In this document: positions 54,930-64,000 of the stretch, piece after piece
Position numbering within the stretch: the stretch's first letter is position 1
Layout of the letters: each line of letters starts with the position of its first letter
Source: Camelus dromedarius
Taxonomy: Eukaryota
Length of the DNA stretch: 64,000 nucleotides
Direction of reading: 5' to 3'
Assembly: GCF_036321535.1 (NCBI RefSeq)
Contig: NC_087437.1
Location: forward strand, 100,504,001-100,568,000
Notes under the pieces: generated by a model
Seen by the model: only the letters and a program-made list of their open reading frames with translations
What the model was told of the DNA's origin: nothing
Database searches by the model: none
Program-made: the position numbers and the translations under genes

Positions 54930-55350
54930 CTGTGGGGTACTGGAGCTCCACCGCATCCACTTGCAAGAGCCAGGTGGTACATTTTTGGGAATTTTGTGAG
55001 CCAGTTGTTAAACAAAGATGTTAGTAAAAATTAAACCATATAAACTTACAACTGAATAAGTTGTTTTTAAAACTAAGGTAGCATACACTCAAAACTCATC
55101 ACTTTCTAATTATTTTACTGCACTTTTACTACATGACTAATGGGAAAGCCACTGATTGAGGTGATTTATGTGTTTTATATTTGTGCGGTGGGAATGCTAG
55201 ACAGCGGTGTGCGGCTGTGTGTGTCACACAGCTCTGCATTCTGTGACATCAGTAGCTTGTCGTTGGTCTTGGTGAGAATGTTTTTGCCAAGGAAATTGAA
55301 AAATGCTATAAAACCAAGAGTTGGTTTAAACCTTTGCCAGCACACCACTG
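54930..55350. mobile_element. MER63-like hAT-Blackjack element
   Basis: GAATTTTGTGAGCCAGTTGTTAAACA...CTCAAAACTCATCACTTTCTAATTATTTTACT...CCAGCACACCACTG; a related fragment lies at ~59450-59563. Confidence 0.65.
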
Positions 55351-55544
55351 GGTAAATAGATGTCTTTGAGAATGAAAAAAGGAAACTTCCTATTTTATTA
55401 TTTTATTAAAAAAATTTTATTTTTTTATTTTTTATGTTACTTATTTATTTAATATTTTAAATTCCACCACCTAGGCTGGATTGATGCTCTGGTGGTCTAG
55501 TTCATTTATTCACTCAATCAACAAATATTTTTCGATGCTCTGTT

Positions 55545-55989
55545 TGTTGACAGACAAGTTTTGATGGGTCTCTTGTGTTCCTGTGCGTCTTACAGGAAAG
55601 GCACTGGCTGCCCTTTGTCCCAGAACACCCTTTCACAGATGTTCATATTGTGAATGGCCTTGGAAGATAGAGACCATGTCTCCCTCTGGAGCACAGGGCA
55701 GGCATGCTCACAGCCTGTTACAACGTTTTTGGATTCTTTATACTCAGGGTTTATGGATTGTATCACAACCCACTGTGTGTGCAGGTATCATCTGGCCCTT
55801 TTGGTGTCAGCCTATGGAACTGGGCTCAAGGGACTGCGGCAAAAGTGCCAATACTCTGGCTACTGCTGTTGCTGTGATTAAAAAGCTGTCCTTCACTTCT
55901 GCTCCAGAGTGTTGTGTCTTCTGTCAGCATCAGGCTAACTTTTGATCTGCAAGTAGGGTAAAATCTTAGATCCTTTCCTGTTTTTGATA
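55545..55989 (+). mobile_element. MER89-like ERV1 solo LTR inserted in an L2 tail
   Basis: GGGTCTCTTG...GCCTTGGAAGATAGAGA...CTCTGGCTACTGCT...GCAAGTAGGGTAAAATCT; the L2 tail continues on both sides. Confidence 0.6.
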
Positions 55990-58575
55990 GACTGTCAGGC
56001 ACTGGGCTAGGTGCTGGGACGAAGAGATGGACAAGGCGGACAAAAGCCTGCCCTATGGGACTCAGAATGTCCTATGGGATTATAAAGCAAAACCATTAAC
56101 ACCACACAAGAAGCAGTGAACCATTATACTGGGGTAAGGATGAAGAAACAGTTGAACAGTGGGGTGATGGAGTCATGAGGCAGTCTAGAGAGAAATCTCC
56201 TTACAGTTTGTTGGGGAAGTTCCTTCTGGTGGGTGGTTGGATGAGGAGAAGCAGATTAGGACTGAGGAGTGAAGAGGTGGATTAAGTAAAATGGTGACAC
56301 AATGAAGTAACAATTGTTGATTGATTGATGAAAGGGAGTTTTTAAAAATCAGGTTGTCATTTGGTTCATTACTGAGGTAAATAAATGGGAGGAGTGTCAT
56401 CAGACTGGTAGTAATGGCAGGGGATTCCTACCATTTTATTGCATTGGAGTCCCATGAAATTCCAAATATTGTGTGATGATTTGGGATTTGAGGAAATTTC
56501 TGGAACTTGGGGACTGGATAGGAGAGTGCCAGTGTCGTGGGTAGAAGAGAGCAGATTTGGCAGGAAAGATAGCTGTAGTGAAGGAGATGGAATCCCCCAT
56601 TTCTATGGGAGTGGTGAGGGAGGGACCTGCCTCGGCACTTTCCTAGGTGAGAGCGTGTGAGTCAGGGACGAATTGTCAGGAGTTTTACAATTTTCCCTTG
56701 ACCATTATTTTGGAAAATTAGGTAGCAAAATCCACGGAGTCTGGATACACTAACTGTTGAGAGTTAGAGTGAAGTTAGTCTCTAGCTCAAGGACTGAGAT
56801 GTTTCTGAGATCCAGTGCCGGTCACTTGAATTAATGGCTCCGTGACCTCTCTACTGTCCTTACAAGATGTGGAGCTTTTTCTGAGAGGTTGTTTTAAAAG
56901 CCTCACTGAAGACCTGAGACCTGAAAGTGCAGGCAGAAGAGTGGGAGATAAAAGTTCCCTTGTGTCTTCCACACATGCGGCCTGAGCACTTCTGTGGAGT
57001 TTCAGAAATATGTGTTAGAATGTGCACTCAGAGCAGGTTAAAAATAACATTTCTACACTCAGTTATTTTTATTGATGTAAATACCGCAAATGGTATGTTC
57101 TAGGTGGAATCTGTCAATTGGTTATAATTGCTCATTTCTTTTAATACCAGCCATTAGATAACCTTAAGTTAGGCACAAAGCATCTGTCCCTGGGTAATAA
57201 ATATATTACTGGCTCCTGGGGAGTTTCCACAGTAAAATGCTAACAAAATAAATCTAGAAACCATCCAGATTGTTTTACTGTATAATTTTGTTAAAATGAA
57301 TACATCACCGTAGTCATGTACCCATATGTGTGCCAGGCATGCAACGTACAGTATCATAGTCCTATAGAAATCCCCCAAAGTAGTTATTGCTATTATTTTG
57401 TTTTTTGTAGGTGAGGAAGCAAGCTCGGAGGTGGAGTGAGTGGCTTCGGTCACATAATTAGTAAGCAGCTGAGTCAGGAAGCTGCTGTGAGGCTTTTGAA
57501 CATCTAGGCAGTGCTCTCTGATCTAAAGCTTTAAGAAATTTTTGCGGATTTCCCTTTTGTTGCTCTTTTTTAGTTTATGGAATATCCTAACCCCATACCC
57601 CGATTCTTGGGGTCATGGCCTGTTCTTGCTGGTCCAAGCTTCCTGAGTCATAAGTCTGAATTGAGATCATGGTCCCAGTCCTTGTCCTCTGGAAAAGCAG
57701 GATCATTGCCTTTATCTTGAGTGTGTTGGTGGTTTCACATACCCTAATGTTTTGGAAAACCCATCCACAAGAAAAGTACCCTTTTGTTCAGGATTAGGCC
57801 ATCATGAACACTTAACCCCAGCACAGTTTAACTTAATATCCTATTGGTGAAAAGGAGAAAACATGTCCATTTCTGTTTAGAAAAGAAAACGAGGGCTAAA
57901 TATTTGCAGCTGTTAGGAAAAAAACTCAGAGATACTGTCTATAGAACAACTGCCCTCAGGAATATTAAAAACTCTTAACTTACTAGGAAATCTACAAGAT
58001 GATTATACTTAGGACTTAAAATATGAGGTATTAAAAAAAATTCTTGACACAGTCAACTAGCAAAATCTCTTAGGTGGTGGGGAGGGGTGTTTAAAATAAG
58101 AAAATAACATAATAAAAAGGACATGAAACTATAGATGTATAGTTACCAGTCAGGGAACCTCAAAGTAAGTACCACCTAGATCAAGAAATAGAACTTTTCC
58201 AGCAGCTGGAAGCCTCTCTCTGAGCACAAAGCTCTCCCCTACTCCTCTGTAAAGGTGATTTTTATGGTAAATTTTTTTCTTATTTTTGTTGTTGTTTGTT
58301 TTTGTTTTTAACACTGAAGTGTATACACACTGTAGATATTTGTGTATGTATAGTGTATGTATGTATTTTATATGTGGTGTGCATACTTTATATATTTTAC
58401 ATGTGGTTTATAATAAATTATATATATGGGGTGTGTGTATATGTGTAATTTTAACCAGTCCTCTAGTTAGAGAATACGTCTGTGGGATTTGTGAACTCCT
58501 CAAGATTAGCCAACCTTACTCATGGACCCTGATACTTAATAAGCTTGTAATAGCATGCAATAAATCTTTGTCGAG

Positions 58576-58891
58576 TGTAAAAGAAAAATTACTAAACAGA
58601 AACCTCAATTAAATAGAGTAGGGAGACCAGAAGAGGGAGTTCTCACACCTTACGATGATAGCAGAGCCCAACAGAGAAGAAGAAAGTCTTCTTTTTTCCT
58701 GGCAAGGACTCAGCCAATTGAAAAGCCATGGATGATTTGTGTACTGTAGCCCTCCTGACTTCCTTTTCCCCTGTATAGAGGTTTTCTTGCCAATGGGGAC
58801 TTGGCCTGTGGCTCACCAAATTGCAATTCTCGGCTAAATGAACCCATCTTTGCTGAAGAAATATCTGCAGTCTATTTGATTCAGGTCAACA
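58576..58891 (+). mobile_element. ERV1-class solo LTR (lineage-specific family), copy 2
   Basis: TG...CA termini and TSD CGAG/TGAG. Shares blocks AGAAACCTC-ATTAAATAGA, GATGATAGCAGAGCCC and AACCCATCTTTGCTG-AGAAA with copy 1. Confidence 0.8.
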
Positions 58892-60007
58892 TGAGCAAGT
58901 AAATTATAAGTTGTTAAGTAAGAGATCATTATTTTACTTACCTTTTGGAGACTTTTTTTGATTATGTGGTGGCATAGTATGTACTGAGATACAAACTGAT
59001 ACTTTTTTCCTTTAAGATTTCCTAAACCCAGTTTCCTCCATTTCAACAGTTGAATGTCCTGCCTTCGTTGCTGTAGGGAAGGGACAACACAGACAAATCA
59101 GATTACAAAAGAAGTAAATTCTTGGCTAATCTATTTCTATTTCCAGGAGTCAAAGGATTTGGAAGATTAGATAAAGGGTTATTTTTTTCTGTTCCTGAAT
59201 CTCTGGACCAGAGAAGAAAGGAAGTCAGAAGACAAAGAAGAGATTAGATGCGAGGCTGTCACTGAAAATGGAAGGTTGACACTTGATTGTTTGCCTTCCT
59301 TGACCTCAACCCTAGAATGACAGAAACCTCGGATAGGCTTGAGGGCTCTGAAATCGAGGAGACCTGCACCGTAGTGTGCTGGGTCTGTCTTGTCCCCGCT
59401 TCTAAGAGCCAACTGTCACATTTTTAGAAGTTGTATGAGCTTGTTGGTATCACATGGGTAGTTTGAAATCAGCTGTGGTGAGGGTGTTCCTCTCTGGAAA
59501 TGGGCAAATACTCTTCCACCGCACCCTGGAGAGCTGGTTGTTAAACGTTTATCAGCACCCTCTGGACTTGTGCCTCCATTCCTGCAGCCTGAGCCTGGAA
59601 AAGTAGCGGGACAGCCAAGGACTGGCCATCTTCTGAAATTACACGTCAAGTGTGAAATTTGTGGTGTGATGTGTCCAGGAAGGTGGGCCTCAGTCAGCCT
59701 CCCAGGGCTCCTGCTATGTCTTTCTGCCACGGGGAGAAGTAGAGCAATTTCTATGCATGGAAGGCAGGACAGAAGGGGTCGAGTATCTTAGACAACCCTC
59801 ATAATTGACCAGAACTCCAGAGTGATATGGGATTGCAGATCATTGTTTTCTAAACAACTTACAATGGGTATGGATGTAATTGAATGAGGACTAATTTTGA
59901 AGGGTCTTGGAAGTTGAAGCCAATGGCCTGCCAGCAACCTGAGTGGATCGGTGACCTTGAACTGCATGAGCAACATGCATGTCAAAGAATGCTGGTGTCC
60001 ATAGATG

Positions 60008-60662
60008 CATTGCTTCAATCTCATGATTAAGCTTTACTGGATGAGGAGTTGTTTCTTATGAATGAGGAAAGAAAGCAGTTCCTTGAGAGAGAATGTACTC
60101 CTGGTGAAGATGCTGTGAAGATTATTGAAATGACAACAAAGGATTTGGAATATTGCGTGAACTAAGTTGATAAAACAGTGGCAGGGTTTGAGAGGATGGA
60201 CTCTAATTTCGAAAGAAATTCTACTGTGGATAAAAACTATCAAACAGCATCGAACGCTACAAAGAAATCATTTGTGAAGGGAAGAGTCAGTCAATGCGGC
60301 GTACCTCATTTTGTTATTTTTAAGAAATTGCCACAGCCACCCCAGCCTTCAGCAACCATCACCCTGGTCAGTCAGCAGCCGTCAACATCAAGGTGAGATC
60401 CCCCACCTGCAAAAAGATTACAACTTGTTGAAGGCTCAGATGATGGTTAGCATTTTTTAGTAATGAAGTATTTTTTAATTAAAGTATGTACATTGTTTTT
60501 TAGAGATAATGCTAATGCGCACGTAATAGGCTAAGTTGTAGCACAAACATAACTTTTATATACACTGGGAAACAAAAAAATTTGTGTGACTCACTTTATT
60601 GAGATATTCTCTTTATTAAGGTGATCTGGAACCAGACCTGAAATATCTCAGAGGTACGTCTG
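60008..60662 (+). mobile_element. Tigger1 (TcMar) 3' portion with degenerate transposase C-terminus
   Basis: GGATGAGGAGTTG...GAAATGACAACAAAGGATTT...GAAATTGCCACAGCCACCCCAGCCTTCAGCAACC, ending in a TIR-like ...ATATCTCAGAGGTACGTCTG followed by TA. Confidence 0.88.
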
Positions 60663-61424
60663 TACCTGTGTCTATGTATACACATCTCTCTCTCTCCATT
60701 CAGTATTTATTACAGTCTGCCAGCTTTTCTGGTACTAGAGGTACAGTCACTGGTGTAGGGTACTTAGGATTCCCTTCAGCAATTTGTCAAAAATGACAGA
60801 CATGTATTTTAACCCACAATTCCATAAATTCGTGCTTCACTTATTTTCTGTCTTGGGTAATGTCAGCTTCCATCTATTCTCAGCCTCTGTTGCTTCTAGT
60901 AGGAATTTTGAAAAAAGATATTTTATCAGTCTATGTGCAGAGAACTCTGAAAATTCTTATGCATTATCTCATTTAATATGGCAGCTCCAAAAGAGATGAA
61001 CTGTTCACATATCCATTTACAAGTGAAGAAACTGAGGCTAAAGGTGATCACGTGTCTACTTGGTTCAAAGCCCATGTATGTTCTCACTGGGCCAAACTGC
61101 CAGCTAGTGTCCTGATGCCTCACGGCAGGATCCACTGATGTCCCTTCCCTCATTTTGCAAATGTGTTTTCCTTTTTCTTTGAACTAGAAGATTGTGCAGC
61201 ATTTCTAGTTCACAGGAGTTGTATTATTTCTACTTGTTCTTATGAACATAATGTCTGATGAAATATTGAAACTATGTTTATTTGTGAATGATAATTTCCC
61301 AAAGAATGTCAACAGATAGTTCTGATGATGAAAATGAATAGACAATGAAAAGAAAAGAAAATTGTTATACTTAGGCACAAAATGAAAGATTTATGGAATA
61401 GATGACAGACCGTGTTGATATTTG

Positions 61425-61922
61425 TGAATTGGATCAGGACCCTCTCATTTGCAAACGTCAGAAACCCCACTCAAGCAAGGTCTTGGGAGCTGAACTGCTG
61501 CCCCTGTGGAGTGGGCGGGGGTCTAGAGTGGCAGGAAGCACTGGATGCAGGGATGTGAGGGCCACCTGAGCCAGGTCCAGACAGGAGCCGTCTGAAGGTC
61601 ACTGCTGCAGGGCGACAGTAGGGCCATAGAAAGAGGGAAAGAGAAGTGAGTAGGATACACTGGGAAATGGAGCATTTTCCCTTTATCTCTTTGCCATGGG
61701 TGGCATTTCTGGAAGTGACTGTGTCTCCTCTGTGGCTCCTGCTGTCTGTGATGATGCTTGCTGTGGCTTCCCATTCTCCTGGGTAACCCAGCCATGTAAC
61801 TGGGTTACATGGGTAACATGCAGCTCCTGTAACACTACTTCCTTCTTTGGTTCCTCAAATCTGCTGGTGTCAGTCAGGTTGTTTACTAATGCTGTTTGGC
61901 TTCTCAGCTTTTGACTCACCTG
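61425..61922 (-). mobile_element. MaLR LTR relic (MLT1J/K-like)
   Basis: TCAGGACCCTCTCATTTGCAAACGTCAGAAACCC antisense LTR end; highly diverged. Confidence 0.4.
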
Positions 61923-62144
61923 TGTTATCAATTTCCTACACAAATTTCCCTCTGATTTAAATATTCAGAGTGGTTTATGATTCCTGGTTGAATGCTGACT
62001 TGTGCACTCTGCTTCTGGTCCTTGACCTTTATAAACCTAGAACCTAATAATACTTTAATCATTAATGGCATACAAGTATAGGACCATTAAGAACAGTTAG
62101 CATGACCATTTTCTTAAAATGCCGTATTTTGAAGCATTTGAATC

Positions 62145-62382
62145 GTTTTTTTTTTGCATTCTTTTTTATTGAAGTATAGTCATTTTACAATGCTGTGGCA
62201 ATTTCTGGTGTACACCATAATAGTTCAGTTATACATATACATACATATATTCATTTTCATATTCTTTTTCATTATAAGTTACTACAAGATATTGAATATA
62301 GTTCCCTGTGCTATACAGTATAAACTTCTTGTTTATCTATTTAATATATAGTAGTTAGTATTTGCAAATCTCGAACTCGCAA
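62145..62382 (-). mobile_element. 5'-truncated camelid-type L1 3' end
   Basis: Poly-T tail, L1 3'UTR, and TSD GAAGCATTTGAATC (62131-62144) / GAAGCACTTGAATC (62383-62396). Confidence 0.88.
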
Positions 62383-63631
62383 GAAGCACTTGAATCTTAA
62401 AGCAAGAGGTTCATAGTCAAAAAACGACAATGAGGTTTTGGTAAAGCCAGGAAGATGAATCTAGAAATGCGTATGGAATGAGTTGAAGGTGCATACTACG
62501 AGACAAGAGGCCTGAGCAAGTTGGCATGAGAAGAAAAAGGAACCAGGAAATGCTGGGAGGGTCTTTGATTACATCAAGATCCCAGTGGTGGCATTTTAGG
62601 GTGAAGAACATAGATGGGGAGGAGCACTTTTAGCTAAGGGGCAAATAAAGGGAAGGTGAATAAAAGGGAGGGTGTTAGTTGGGAATGATTTTTGTAGTAG
62701 ATTCAATGAAGTACTTCAGTATGTCTCAGTGGAAACGTAAGTTCATAGTAGAAGTCACCCAAATGAATTCCCCAGCAAAGCCTAATGTAAGCAAAAAAAA
62801 TTAATCTGTTTCCTATCTTTCACTCTTAGATGATAAATAGGGCACTTTGTAGATTTTTGAAATCCTACCTCTTCATCCTCCCACCCCCATATTTGCCTTC
62901 ACTCTTTTGCCCTTTCCATTATTCAAGCAGATCTGCTGTTCTGTGTTCTTTGCTTGGATAGGAATGTGGGAGGTGAAGGTTTGGTGAAATGAAGTTGGTT
63001 TCCATTTTCTCCCTGGCTTTTCCTTTCCAAAATGCTAAGGCTTCAAGGAAAAAAAAAAAAAAAAAAAAAAAAAGGCAGAGCTGAGGATAAGAGTAGGGTA
63101 GATCTTCTCCAGGCACATAGCAACATTTCAAATGAGTTTGTAGAATTTGTGATTAAAGGGATCTCTGCCTTGCTCCTTAGGAAGAGCACTGGAGAAGTGG
63201 TAAGATGCCATCTGTTGCTGTTTTCTGATTGGATTCTGACTTACACACTGTGCTACTCATTTTTGATCTCTATAAACTTAGACCCTCACAATACTTTAAT
63301 CATTAATGATATACATATATATAGGATCACAAAGAAGACTTAGCACAGCCATTCTCTTCAGGTGCCATATTTTAGAGGCTATGTGGCAGCTTAGAGAATC
63401 ACACAGCTGTCCTATATCCCAGTATGGTATTGATGTAGAAAAAGTCTCCCAGAAGTAGCAGAGATTGTGTTGGACCTGAAGGGGCCATGCGTACAGAGCT
63501 GAGGCATATTTCAGTATGCCCTGCCTGCGCCAATGAGCAGAAGGAGGCAATCCCCAGTTTATGCCACTAGGATCAGATAACACACAGGGCCAGATAATCT
63601 TCTTTTGATGCTTAGGTTAAGAAAAGGAAAA

Positions 63632-64000
63632 TAGCATGGAGGTTCCTCAAAATATTAAAAATAGAACTACTGTATGATTCAGCAATCCCACTTCTGGGTA
63701 TATACCAAAAGAATTCAAATCAGAGTCTCAAAGAGATATTAGCCCTCCTATGTTCACTGCAGCTGTTCACAATAGGCAAGATATGGAAACAACCCAAATG
63801 TCCACTGGGAGATGACTAAATAAAGACAATATGAATATATGTACAATGGGATATCATTCAGCCTTAAAAAAAAAAAAAGGATATCCAACCACTTGCAACA
63901 ACATGGATGGATGTGAAAGTCATTATGCTTAGTGAAATAAATCAGTCACAGAAGGATAAATACTGTGTGATTCCACTTACATGAAGTATCTAAAATAGTC
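63632..64000 (+). mobile_element. L1MA/MB-type ORF2 end and 3'UTR (runs off the window)
   Basis: TGGAGGTTCCTCAAAATATTAAAAATAGAACTAC...CAGCAATCCCACTTCTGGGTATATA...TATGCTTAGTGAAATAA. Confidence 0.85.

Noticed and set aside
48403..58891. Full-length provirus bounded by the two homologous LTRs
   Set aside because: Each LTR has its own distinct TSD, the copies are clearly diverged, and the interior has no gag/pol/env but contains older unrelated repeats.
60034..60396. Domesticated Tigger transposase (TIGD-like) gene
   Set aside because: Only a 3' fragment with stops and frameshifts; the DNA-binding region and most of the catalytic region are absent.

Overview
AT-rich mammalian genomic DNA, most likely a camelid. 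The evidence is a Vic-1-like tRNA-derived SINE plus artiodactyl-type L1 3' ends; no ruminant Bov-A/BovB or primate Alu elements were seen. The only protein-coding gene I can support is the 5' end of C21orf91/EURL on the minus strand: a CpG-island promoter (~5270-6300), a non-coding first exon, and the first coding exon (4712-4845, ATG at 4838), followed by a long intron that runs off the left edge. The remaining ~58 kb is intergenic and densely filled with transposon relics (L1, L2, MIR, MaLR/ERVL/ERV1 LTRs, hAT and Tigger elements). I found no evidence for a novel multi-gene system. The points most worth a second look are: twin near-identical splice donors in the promoter (possible alternative first exons), a perfect 30-bp tandem duplication in intron 1, a doubly internally deleted L1 whose target-site duplication also brackets a downstream older L1 piece (candidate 3' transduction), a twin-primed L1 inversion, two independent solo LTRs of one family, and a strong CTCF motif next to a G-quadruplex-rich patch. 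Gene and repeat family names come from recalled sequences, not from a database search, and boundaries of old repeats are approximate.
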